Positions 1-32,200 of a DNA stretch of 64,000 bases are shown here, piece after piece. The stretch is from the human T2T-CHM13v2.0 reference genome, Homo sapiens. Made by a program: the position numbers and the translations under genes. Each line of letters begins with the position of its first letter. The stretch's first letter is position 1. The notes beneath the pieces were generated by a model. The model saw only the letters and a program-made list of their open reading frames with translations. It had not been told where the DNA came from and made no database searches. Where the stretch lies: assembly GCF_009914755.1 (NCBI RefSeq), contig NC_060939.1. The stretch is one strand, 5' to 3'.

Positions 1-400
1 CAATATAATGATAAAAATTCTAATAAACCAAGGGAGAAGGTAATCTAAAATGTTAATGTATCTAATAACTAGCACTCAAAATACATGAAAGCAAAATATG
101 ACAAAATTGCAACCCTCAGAGGGCAATTTAAATACATATCTCAGTATCTGATAAAAGAGACAAAAAACAATCAGCATAGACATAGAAGATTTACATCTCT
201 CTAGAAAATTAACAAGCTTGACCTAATGTACAGAAAAAACATATCTCTCCAAAGTGACAGCATTCACCCCCCCAAGTACATATGTACTGAGCCATAAGGA
301 AAATCTCAACAAATTCCAAAGAAGCGGAATCATGCACCCATCTTTCTCTCTAACCATAATCTCATTAAACTAAAAACAATAATAAAAAGATAAAGTAAAA
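1..400 (+). mobile_element. Old L1 (L1M-type) ORF2 endonuclease-region fragment
   Basis: A-rich, degenerate similarity to the L1 ORF2 5' part (e.g. 'gccataaggaaaatctcaacaaattc', resembling GHK.NLNKF). Boundaries approximate. Confidence 0.55.
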
Positions 401-1395
401 AGCCAGAAAGGCAGATGCTAAATGAGAAAGTGACAGAAAAGTTACAGATTTTGTTAAGCATACAAAGCTTCTATGGGGTAAAGCAGTCAAAGGGATATGC
501 AAATTTACACAGAAATCCAACCGATATAAATCCTTGAAAGATACTACATACAGATATTTCATCAGTTCTCACATGCCAAACCCAGCAAAGCCAAACTTTG
601 GAGCCTCCCCTGCGAGCAGACCTGCCACAGGAGGAGAGGCAGCACAAACCTCCCTTTGCAGTGAAAATGCCACATTGTGTGTGCTTCTTACCCCATCACC
701 TCTTTGGAAGTGGCCCCACTCAGCGCTAGCTGAGAATCGCTTCCCTCATACCACTCTCAGTAGTTCACCCCAAGACACACGGGACAACTCTGTACCTGGT
801 AAGTCATTGTGAATCCAATTAATAATGGCATTCAGAAAGTTAGGAATCTTTGAATTATTAGATTCATAGTGATATTCAAAAGAAAGAAAACGACATCATT
901 TCTGTTCCACGCATGTTGCCCACATTCACTGCGTAAAAGGCAAAGGGAACTGTGAGTACCCACAAAGAACCTGATATTGACGGCACATACATTTCTTCAT
1001 TAGGAAGAATAAATTTAGACTGTAACAATTTAAAAAACCAGAAAATACAACTGTACATTTTAGTTCTTATTAAAATCCAAGAGGTTTAACTTATTTGCTC
1101 CTTGTTTAGGTAATTAGTGTCTAAAACATTTCAAAGATAACATATATAGTGGCTACGATTTCTAGTACTTTTTAAAAATTCAAGCCCAGTCTCTTCTAAT
1201 TAAATGTATAAATGATTTATCTCTGTCTTTCTTAAAAAGAACCAAGAGCCCCAATTAAAAAGTAAAACTTAAATTTCCTCTTAAAAAATTGTTACGTCAA
1301 AATTATCTAATAAACCATAGTTCAGAAAATAATTTCTGAATTAAGAAAATATGAATAATAAAACCAACAGTTTATGTGCTGAATTTCACATTTTT

Positions 1396-1614
1396 ATTTT
1401 TTATTATTTTTAAAATTTTGTTTTAAGTTCTAGGGTACATGTGCAGGAGTGTTACGTAGGGAAACGTGTGCCATGGTGGTTTGGTCCACCTATCAACTCA
1501 TCACCTCAGTGTTAAGCCCAGCACGCATTAGCTATTTTTCCTGATGCTCCTCCCCCACCCGCCCTGACAGGCCCCAGTATGTGTTGTTTCCCTTCCTGTG
1601 TCCATGTGTTCTCA
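1396..1614 (-). mobile_element. L1PA 3'-end fragment
   Basis: 'ttttaagttctagggtacatgtgcagg...tgtccatgtgttctca' is the reverse-complement L1 3'UTR. Flanked by an imperfect repeat 'gaa(tt/cc)tcacattttt' (~1381 and ~1617), consistent with a TSD. Confidence 0.8.
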
Positions 1615-1633
1615 CCGAACCTCACATTTTTAA

Positions 1634-2220
1634 ATACAGCATATGCCAGGTGTCATTTCAGTACCCATAATTATACATAGTATAATTATACATAGTATAT
1701 GTATATGTGTAAATATATGTATATGTGTACATATATGTATGTAATATGTGTATGTAAATATTATGTAAATATGTATGTATGTAAATATATATGTAAATAT
1801 GTATGTGAATGTATGTAAATATATACACATGTAAATATGTATGTAAAAATATGTACGTAAATATATGTATGTAAATATATGTATATATAAATGTAAAATA
1901 TGTAAATATTTGTAAATGTAAAATATGTAAATGTAAAATAAATGTAGAATGTCAAATGTAAATGTAAAATGTAAAATAAATGTAAAATGTAAAATAAATG
2001 TAAAATGTAAATGTAAAATATGTAAATATATGTATATGTGTAAATATATATGTGTAAATATATATGTATATGTGTAAATATATATGTGTAAATATATATG
2101 TATATGTGTAATATATATGTATATGTGTAAATATATATGTATATATAACACAGCATACAGCATATGCCAGGTGTCATTTCAGTACCCATAATTATACATA
2201 GTATAATTATACATAGTATA
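1634..2220. repeat. AT-rich low-complexity tract (TATG/TGTAAA-type) bracketed by a perfect 66-bp direct repeat
   Basis: 1634-1699 = 2155-2220 (atacagcatatgccaggtgtcatttcagtaccc...catagtata), with degenerate microsatellite between. Confidence 0.9.
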
Positions 2221-2883
2221 ATTAGACTACTATGTTAGCTAAAAAATGTTGATTAGATACAAATGTATAAATTTATCTTCTCTAAACGTGGAAATTCTCT
2301 AGAGGCTATTTCCAGCTTCTGTGTGGATTGTAGAGCAGGCTGCTACCTGTACCCCAAAAATGAACACCTTAAAAAAAAGACAAGTTTCTCAGCCTCCCTA
2401 TTGCACACACATATGAAAAATATGTTAAATTCAACGCCAAATATTCCTGAGATCAACACAGCAGTGATCCCAAAGAGAAAATTTCTCTTTGCTAATGGGC
2501 ACAAACTTGAAGGGCAAAGCAGTGGAAGGGTAAGTCTGCAGACTCGGGTGGGGCTCAAGTCAGAATCACGTGGAAGATCATTGCCACATGTTTTTGTTTT
2601 TTTAAATAGCAACCACCACCAAGTGGAGCCCGCCGGGTTTAGTAGATATTAAACCTCTAAGGAGTGGCACATCCGAGACTGAAATTCCCATCTTTTGATT
2701 CCCAGCTCAAGGTCTCTGAAATGCCAGCACCAGCTGTGAAATTGTTCTTCTGCATTTTCATGGAGACCTTTTCTTCTATACTGCCATACTCTTTTTTTTG
2801 GAACAGTTATACCTGATCTTCCTATTTTTGTGTGTGTTCCACCGAAACTTTTTCACTCTAAATACTTCCCTCTTTCCAACTGA

Positions 2884-3245
<362 letters not shown>

Positions 3246-3782
3246 TCACCATTGTTAAAATTATGGAAATCGTGTTTGCAAAGCAGGTTGGCCTGTTTGG
3301 AAAAGGGTGTCATAATTTCTCAGGTAACTCCAAAAAGAGAAAGCTACGAAAATTACCTTAATACATTCATTACAGTCTCAGTATAAGATTATAGCTTCCT
3401 CTCCCAAAGCGTAACCACAACCTGACGCAGGATGAGTTGGTTTGAAAATACCGCATACAATATCCTCTTGAGTAGAATCATAATTTAGAACTCTAAAAAT
3501 GACCGGAAACAAAACTGTCCAAGTTTGTTTAACGTAATGTGTTTCAACTTATTTGACTAGAAAACCCTTCATTCGTGCAACACTTATAAATATCCCATGG
3601 CAAATCTAGTTTTCTATGAATAATGAACGAAACATTTATAATTTAAAACTAAAATTGTCTTCTAAGCAGAGATCTACGTATCAATAAAATGAAGAAATAA
3701 AATTTCCATACTGTTTGCTTCCCAATACAAGGATTAGAAGGAAAGGGAAAAGAGTAACAGCGAGAATCAATAGCCCATGTCT

Positions 3783-4097
3783 GGCCAGGCTCCATGGCTC
3801 AATCACACCTGTAATCCCAGCAATTTCAGAAGCTGAGGCGGGAGGATCACTGGCCTTTAGTGATCCTTGAATGAAACTCCATCTCTAAAAAATTAAAAAT
3901 ATTAGCTTAGAGAATCATTTGGGCCCAGGAGTTTGAGGCTGTATTGAACTATGACTATGCTACTGCATTCCAGCCTGGGCAACAGGCTGCTTAAACCTGG
4001 AGGGGCAGAGCTTGCAGTGAGCCGAGATCGCGCCACTGCACTCCAGCCTGGGCAAAGGAGCCAGACTCCGTGGCAAAAAAAAAAAAAAAAAAAAAAA
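3783..4097 (+). mobile_element. Composite Alu (old Alu joined to an AluY-type 3' fragment) with poly(A)
   Basis: ggccaggc... start, second right-arm end 'gagcttgcagtgagccgagatcgcgcc', long A tail. Confidence 0.8.
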
Positions 4098-4174
4098 GAG
4101 ATTCTATTCACAATAGCAACAAAACCCTGAGAATATATCTAGCAAAGTATACACAGGCCTTTCATGAAGAGTAT

Positions 4175-4564
4175 TGCCATAGCCTGAATGTGTCTCCCAA
4201 AATTCATGTATTAAAACTTAATTCCCAAGATGATAGTACTAAGAAGTGGGGCCTTTAAGAAGTGATTAAGACATAAGGGTGAGCCCTCATGCATGAGATT
4301 AGTGCCTTCCTTATAAAAGGGCTTGTGGGTGGTGGTAAATCTGTCCCTTCTGCCTCATGAGAACATAGCATTTGCCTGCTCCAGAGGAAGCAGCATTCAA
4401 CGTACCATCTTGGAAGCAGAGACCAGGCCCTCACTAGACACTGTGTCTGCTGGAGTCTTGATCTTGTTCTTCCCAACCTCCAGAACTGAGAAAATAAACT
4501 TCTGCTCTGTGTAAATTACCCAGTCTCAGGTGTTTTGTTATGGCACTATGAAGGGACTAAGACA
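4175..4564 (+). mobile_element. MaLR solo LTR (MST/MLT1 family)
   Basis: tg...ca ends. Contains 'gagccctcatg..gattagtgcc', 'ccatcttggaagcagagacc' and 'aaattacccagtctcagg..ggactaagaca'. Confidence 0.75.
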
Positions 4565-4796
4565 AATATAAAAATTACCCAGGGACTTAAAGGAAGAACT
4601 GACTAAACTGAAATATATGCCATATATATTATGAATCGTAGGACTCAATGCTATAAACATACTACTTCTCAACAAATTAATCTATAAATTCAAGAAATTC
4701 CTACACAAATCCCAATAGAATTTTTTTGTGGAACTCGAGAGGCTGATCCTAAAATTCATACAGTCACTTGAGGGGCCAAGAATAGTGTAACAGGGC

Positions 4797-8607
<3,811 letters not shown>

Positions 8608-9109
8608 CAAAAGCTTTGTGTTTTTACAAATATTAGACATGTTTCTTGTTTAAGAAAAAAAGTCTTCACAATAACGTAGGAGAATAAGAGAAACATTTTT
8701 CCAAAAAAGAGAAGTCATTGTGATTATTTTATCTTATTGGAATGTTGGATAATATAGTCTGCTTCAGTAATCATCAAGCATGCTATGGATTTTCCATTTT
8801 TACAGGATCTGTATCTCGGTTAAGGTAATACTGGTAATTTTTGTACTCTATGAAAAATATAGGCCAAAATCATAGACCTTGCATAGAAGCTGGATCATGA
8901 AGACAGCTCTGGAGGAACACACAGGTACACACACACAGACACACATATATATAAAGTATACACATATATATTTTTTAAAAGCTTTTAAAGCAAAAGCCGG
9001 CCCTGCCCCTCTCCCAGAGTTGGCGGCCTCTCCCCTCTCTTAGGGTGGGTGGGGACAGTGGTTGCATGGGCAGCTTTCCTTGTGAGCCAAAGGTCCCTCT
9101 GGACACATG

Positions 9110-9190
9110 ATGCCTGGCCACGCCCCCTTTCCCTTTCATCTTTCTCATTAACCAATGGGCTTGGAGCATTAAGGCCACGCCCCTATTCTG
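9110..9190 (+). promoter_or_regulatory. Putative GOLGA8 proximal promoter: two GGCCACGCCCC (SP/KLF-type) boxes flanking a CCAAT box
   Basis: ggccacgcccc at 9116 and 9173, ccaat at 9152-9156, ~110-170 bp upstream of the first ATG. Function inferred. Confidence 0.55.
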
Positions 9191-9289
9191 CCTTCTACTG
9201 CATCCCTGGTTACGCCTCCTCTGGCTCAGTGGCACAGCTACCTGGTAGGTGACTGGAGGTGTTGATCAGTGCTTGGTGGGATTTTGCTG

Positions 9290-19616
<10,327 letters not shown>

Positions 19617-22600
19617 ACATCACCATCGTCAAAGAGCTGCTCAAGAAATTTTTAAAAAAGAAACAAAGTTATGGGGTTAATCTCCTACACAATTCATTTA
19701 CTTCGTTTGAATGTTATAGCCACTTATGATTATTTGTGTTTCTAATTTATAGTTTAAGTTTATTTGTAAATAGTTAAAAGAGAGTGGGTCTCTGTGGCTT
19801 TCACTGATGTTCACTCTGGCATACTTTCGCAATTTTCTTTTTCAATTTCATGATTGTAGGTCATTAGCATGCATATTGAGTTTGCCCTTACGTGGTGGGA
19901 GTTCAAACACACAAAGACCCACTATTTGCACAAAACTATTCTTGCTGGTTTGGAATAGGCTGCCATGTGTTTTTAATGTTATTGCAGCATGTATATTCAT
20001 TACAGAATTCAGATAAAATTTGCCTATGTTCTGCTATTGTTTGATCTAATCTTAATCACAGTGAGCTCTTCATTAGCACAATATGTGGTTTGCCCCAAGT
20101 GTGCACTATTTAATACTTTGTAATATGCCACCAAGAGTACTGACATTTAGAGTTGTTTAAAGGCCGAGAACTGGAAACAGCCTTTCCCTCATTTTCTGTG
20201 TATTGGTGATGGGAGTAATAACATTTTGGGGGAGCTTTTTAAATTTCACAGAAGAGGAAAGTTGCCTGCTCTGGCAGGTATGTGCAAGATAGAGTGTGTT
20301 TCATTTGTTTCTGTTGCCAAGAATTAGTGCTGTACTATTGTAGTTCCTTTAGGATTTGTATGTGCTCTGGGCTCATGAAGATATTGCATCATGAGCTGCA
20401 GCAGTTGTACTCTTTTTTGATGACCTAAAAAGGGCTTATTTCTGAGGAATGAAAGGTTCCCATCATTGACTATGGATGTGGAAAACCTTTCCTAGCTTAG
20501 AGCATTTGTATCTATATTTTAAAGTCAGAATTCATGTTACCTGTTTTAATCACATGACTGCATGTCCCAGTACACAAAAGGGCACTGGTTGGCATTCTTC
20601 TTAATGTATTTAGTAAAGATCAGAAGAAATCCTTTAAGAGTTTAAATGTCCCTGGAACACGCACACAGGCTCTAGTCAAGAATGAATTAGAGTGAAGGAA
20701 AGCTGTGTGACACCTGGCATTCCTCTGTTCATGGAGCTTCTTTGAGGCTTGAAGATTGATTTTACCATCTAGACCACTCTGCCTATTCTTCAACCACCTT
20801 GGTTACTTTGACATAGGAATTGACTTCTTTTCCTTGAATGGAAAACACTTTGAAATAATAATAAACATTGTTATAAACTAATATATGTGAGAGTGCTTAG
20901 TTGAAACAAAAAGGAGTTTTAGTAGACAGTATTATACTATCTTTGAAAATCAAGGAGAAGTTTATGCAACTTAAAATGTGTACAAACTGCAGTGCAATCT
21001 ACTGTTGGTGAATGTCAGTGTATTATCAGGAAACATGTCTATACAATCACAGAGTTATATTTCCTCACAAACTTCTTTGTGAAGAGTGAAATGTGTTTCT
21101 GTACCTCTGGGTTTCACTTACGGGCATATTTTGTGCAGTATTTATGTGATTGTGCCTATGCATGATGAATGAATGAATTTCAGTTGTACATTGCCTAAAT
21201 CATAACTTGATGATGCTTGGGAAAGACTCAACAGTTAAAACTTCATGAAGTTCTAATGTCTGTGTTCCAAAACACATCACATTATTAGGATGTAGGGAGA
21301 TATGTATGTGTGCTCCCTGGGGTGGGGATTTCTAGTTACTAGACCATCTCCATTTTTAGCAGTTGGCATCCTCATGATACTTTTATAAATACGACATTAA
21401 CAGGAGAGCAGCAGTACGATTTTGCCGATGGAATAACAGATTTGCCGGCAATCACTGAAAGAGTGCAAATATCGGGTCCTTGTGACTTCAACGGACTCTT
21501 CCAAATTGTATGAATGTATCAATGTATTAGATAAACCCAGTTTCAGAATGATAAAGAAAAAATGTTAGACCAAATAATGCGGCTAGTTAACAGTGGTACG
21601 ATTTCTAGCCCGTGGGTTTAAAATGCACTTAAAGTCCTGTCCTTGCCTTTTATTTTCTGAACTTGATGTTTTTGCATTCTTTGAGTTCAGTTTAAAGACA
21701 ACTACGAGCATCTGCAACCAATCTGACAATAATGTGTTCATCAGGTGCCTATGGATTAAATCACATACTGGCATATTTAAGCTGAATGTCAATCTGGAAA
21801 ATAAATTGACTGTATTAACAGAAATACCACTCTTTGTGTAGATATTTGTCGTATATTTAAGAAAAAGCTAAAAAGAATGGAAATCGCATGACTATAACTT
21901 AAGTCTTTCTTCAAAGTGCATGCAGTCTTTTGCGATACCTCATTCAGCCAAGTATTGGTATTCTTCCTCATTCGGTATAAGGCAGCTTTCAATTTGCTTA
22001 GAAGGCAACATTGGAAGGTTAGAGTTCATCAGAAACAGAATTCTAAAATGTGAGTTCAATTCAATAAATTTGAATTTCTGTAGGAAGAATCAAATCACCG
22101 ATTTAAAGAGTGCAATATATAATAATCATTTTTAAAGTATTGGATTAAATCTGATAGGTTTTCCAGAAATGAACAAAAATCAGCTCTAAAACCAAAGCTG
22201 ATTTTTAGAAAATTTGAAAATGTAAATCAGCCCTATCCATACTATAGTTTCTCTAAAACTTTATCTGAAACAGTCATTTTAAAATAACTATTAAACAATG
22301 TAACTGCTATCCTAATGTTCTGAAATAAGTTAAAACATTTTAAAATATGAATACTGTAAAGGAAATAAATGGTGGGAAGGAAAAGTAGAGAAAGAAATGC
22401 CAATTCCAGTCCAAAGCTTTATTTTCCAAGTTTTCTTAGAATGAATTTTACCAATTTATGAATTCTTGTAAGCGGAATGTAAAACGGAAATACTGAAAGA
22501 CTTTTGCCTAAAGTGGCATTATTGACTGCTGGTGTGATGCTACTGTAATGTAATAAATTATTAAGTTGTTGCAAAGTGCTGTTTTTGCCTTAAAATTTTA

Positions 22601-22745
22601 TTCTGTGTGTCTTGAAAAATATAGTGTTAAAGGTATTGATACTGTGCAAATGCTGAGCATGCTTGGCATGAGATAATGTTTCATTTTTACAAAATTGTAA
22701 TATAACTATGCAAGAGTTTATTAAAAGAACACAAAATAAAAAAGT
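19617..22745 (+). other. GOLGA8 3'UTR, mostly an inserted ~3.1 kb AT-rich segment (chr15 duplicon 'core element', recalled as ITSN2-3'UTR-like); AATAAA at 22552 and 22735
   Basis: Bounded by a 15/16-nt direct repeat, aaagttatggggttaa (19665-19680) / aaagttatgggattaa (22741-22756). The ITSN2 relationship is from literature recall and was not aligned. Confidence 0.65.
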
Positions 22746-22932
22746 TATGGGATTAACAAAAGTTATGGGGTGAAAAAGTTATGGGATAAAAAATGTAAAA
22801 AAGTTGTGGCAAAAAAATCTTGTGACCAAAAAGTAGAAAAAAGTTTTATGAAAAGTTACCAAAAATAGTTATGAAAAAGAAGTTATGGGATTTAAAAAAA
22901 AAGGCATGGGATAAAAATAAAAATTAAAATTA
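22741..22932 (+). repeat. Degenerate (AAAAGTTATGG)n A-rich microsatellite
   Basis: Repeated aaaagttatg(g) variants right after the AATAAA. Confidence 0.8.
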
Positions 22933-23504
22933 AAACAGGCCCCTGTCAGCAAAGCCTGGAGAAGTGGGGCTGGGGTCTCCACCACCACACTGTCCCTATC
23001 TCCCCTTCCCAGTCACCCCTTTACAATTAGGGTAGCAAGACAAGACCACTGTCTAACGAGGAAAGACAAACAGACCCTTTGCCACCTTGACCAGAGCTGA
23101 GTCCTTAAATTTCTGGATGATATTGTTATTTAAGAGCCAGAGGCTGGTGGAGTTGGTTTGTTTGGAGGAGGCCTCATGGCCTCCTTACTCTCACCATAGC
23201 AACTTTTCCCTCAGTGGGGGCTCCAATCTTCTTATTCAGAGAGGTAGCTGAGGCAGGACAGTGGGGCTAACTGTGGACCAGGCGAAGGCATGGGCTGCTG
23301 GGGTGGCCCCCCTTCCCCGGTGTATATATTGTGTCTGTGTAAGGTTTTGTATATTCCAGAGGGTAGGGCCACCCCTGTATCATACCTAGCGGTGGTTGGA
23401 GGTGGCACATGGGGAGGAGGTTCTAATAATTATTTGTGGCTGGGAAACTTACTTATTGCTAGCATAGGACAGAGGAAGAAGGCAGGGATGGGGTCATGGC
23501 TTCC

Positions 23505-25755
<2,251 letters not shown>

Positions 25756-26570
25756 TGAATGATTTTGAAGTAAAACCTATACATCCTATCATTTTTAATT
25801 ACCTTATATGTATCTGTAGAAGACAAGGAATTCTTAAAAATAAATATATTCACAATGCCATTAAATATCAAAAAATTAATATTCTGAAAATAGCCACAAA
25901 TCCAGAGTTGACATTTTGTTGACTTTCTCATAGGTGATTTTTTTCTAGTTTATCTATTTCAATCAGATAACTGTTTGCTCATATTTACATTCCTTACTGA
26001 ACAATGTCTAAACTTAAGCTGACATAAAATGGAGATGATCTTCTAACCAGATGCTTAGTGTAAGAAAAAACTTCAAACTGCAAGAGGAGTCCCTCCAAAT
26101 ACAGAAAGGACCAGTATTTTAAGAGGTATGTTAACTAAAATGTGGCAATGTAAGGAGCAAAGCAGGAAGAACCTTTAAGTCCTCAACTTACAAGTCAATT
26201 TCATAGTCAGTTTCCCTGGTCCTTCCACAACAACCTCCCCCATCTGTTTTCTCTACAATGGAGGTAACAATAGTAGCTATTCCAGAGCAGGAAAAGGCTT
26301 AGAGCAGTGCTAGAAGAGGGTCGTGGCTATATAAAGTTTAGCTATTTGTGTATTGTAACAAACCACCTTTTTTTTTTTTTGTCAATAATAGATTTCTTTT
26401 GTAAAAGTAGCAGCCTCCTGTCTGGGGACAACTGCAGTTCCACTAAGTGAACATTGGTGTCTGCTAACCTTTGCCTCTATTTCTCTCAATATACTGTGAA
26501 GCTGTTCCTGGATTTAGCAATTTTATATACTTCTTTTTCTTTATTATTCTTTTTTTCCTTTCCCTTTTCC

Positions 26571-29997
<3,427 letters not shown>

Positions 29998-30936
29998 ATG
30001 TCTTTAACTTGTGATTGAAAGCGTATTAAGATGTTGGGTGTATCAACAGTCCGGAGGACAAGAAGGAAAATCCTGGCATGTGAAATATTCTGCAACAAGA
30101 AAAGCAATCGGAGAGGTGACTACATTCACTCAGCTGTTTTGCCCTCTTCTTCCCCACCCCCCCGCCCCCCCGTCTCTTTCCTGGAAGTTCCCTAGTAAGA
30201 AGTAAAAGAGATAATGGCTTTCGAGTGCATGTTTTTCCTGGAATTGGAAGGAATTTTAACAAAGGAGCCCTTCACAATGAAACCCCCCCACACCCCTGCT
30301 TTTCACCTGAAGTAGGACAAGATCGTCGCCCCCACCATCATTCTCCACGTGACCCCAGGTGGGGATGGGTAGTGGACACTACTGATAAGCTCTTAGCAAT
30401 TTCCCTATTTGTGGACTCTGAAGCTCCTTAGCTTGACAACTGATGCATAAGTTTTCTTTTGTGGGATAAGAGTAGGAGAATAGGTGACCTTTTCCCCCTG
30501 AATTCCCATCCTGGGGCCAGGGAAGAGAGCCCAGGATCCCTTCTCTTGGCCTTCACACTGTGGGAAAGAGTACCTAGAGTTAAAAGCCTGATAAATGCCC
30601 TCGAACAGCTTTGAAAATCACAAGGTCAGGAGATCGAGGCCATCCTGCCTAACACGGTCAAACCCATCTCTACTAAAAAAAAAAAAAAAAAAAAAATTGG
30701 CTTATGCCTGCAATTTTAACACTTTGGGAGGCAGAGGTGGGAGGATCATTTTACCTAGGAGTTTGAGACCAGCCTGGGCAACATAGTGAGATCTTGTCTC
30801 TACAAAAACAGTTTTAAATTAGTCAGGCGTGGTGGTGCATACCTGTAGCCCCAGCTACTTAGGAGGCTGGGGCAGGAGAATCCTGCTGCTGCATTTTGTG
30901 CTACTTTTAAAAATATTTGGTAAAATTCAGGAGTAA

Positions 30937-31107
<171 letters not shown>

Positions 31108-31714
31108 TAGAGGCACCCGCCACCATGCCCAGCTAATTTTTTTTTTTTTTTTTTGTATTTTTTTTAGTAGAGACGGGGTTTGACCGTGTTAGCCAGGATG
31201 GTCTCCATCTCCTGACCTCGTGATCCGCCCGCCTCGGCTTCCCAAAGTGCTGGGATTACACGCGTGAGCCACTGCACCCGGCTTTTCCTGGGAAAATTGT
31301 TTCCGTCTCACTACTTATTGGTCTTTTCAGGTTTTGGATTTCTTTGTGGTTCATTCTTGCTAGGTTGTATGTATCTAGGAAAGTATCCATTTATTCTAGA
31401 TTTTCTAATTTATTGGTCTATAGTTGCTCATACTAGCCTCTAATGATCCTTAGAATTTCTACAGTATCAATGAAAATGTCCCCGTTTTCATCTTGATTTT
31501 ATTTATTTAGGGTTTTTTGTTTTTTTTTTAGTGTGGCTAAAGGTTACTGGTTTGGTTTATCTTTTTTAAAAAACGAACTTTTCGTTTTGTTCATATTTTG
31601 TATTTTTTCATTTCAATTTCATTAATTTTTGCTCTTATCTTTATTCTTTCCTTTCTTCTATACTTATTTTGGGTCTGGTTTATTCTTGCTTTTCTAGTTC
31701 TTTTAAGATGTATC

Positions 31715-32200
31715 GGCGCCACGGGCCCCGCAGAGCCAGGGCGGCTCCTGCCGGTAGCCTGTGTGTGGGCCCCGGCCAGCCGCGCCCCCAGTCCATATCG
31801 CCCTTCACTGCCCCGAGGCTGGCGCGGCTATGGGGCGCGGGGCCGGCGCTGCTCTGGGGCATTGGAGCCGCGCGCCGCTGGAGGAGCTGCTGCCGGGGCG
31901 GGGGTCTGGGCGGCTCGGGGGGCCACGCGGGCCTCGGACGGCTCCCGGGGCTGTGGGCTTGGGCCCGGCAGCTGCAGGTGCGGGGCTCTTGCCGGCCGGG
32001 CGCTCCTCGGCTCCCGCGCGCCGGGTTCCCGGGCGGTCCCACCGCCACTGCCTGGGCAGGGGAGGAGGCCTGGCGGCGCGGGCGGGCGGCGCCTTCCCGG
32101 GACGACCAGCGGCTACGACCCATGGCGCCCGGACTCTCGGAGGCCGGGAAGCTCCTGGGGCTGGAGTTCCCTGAGCGCCAGAGGCTGGCAGCTGCGGTTG
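31715..32200. promoter_or_regulatory. CpG-island-like GC-rich segment carried by the ABCB10 retrocopy
   Basis: Dense CpG and G-runs against an AT-rich L1 background. Regulatory activity unknown. Confidence 0.55.

Noticed and set aside
680-805. Possible orphan exon(s) (ctg|gtaagt at ~797; minus-strand donor at ~690)
   Set aside because: Splice-like motifs only; I could not assign them to any gene.
1630-2189. 177-aa and 142-aa minus-strand ORFs rich in Y/I/H/T
   Set aside because: Translations of an AT-rich microsatellite; no coding signal.
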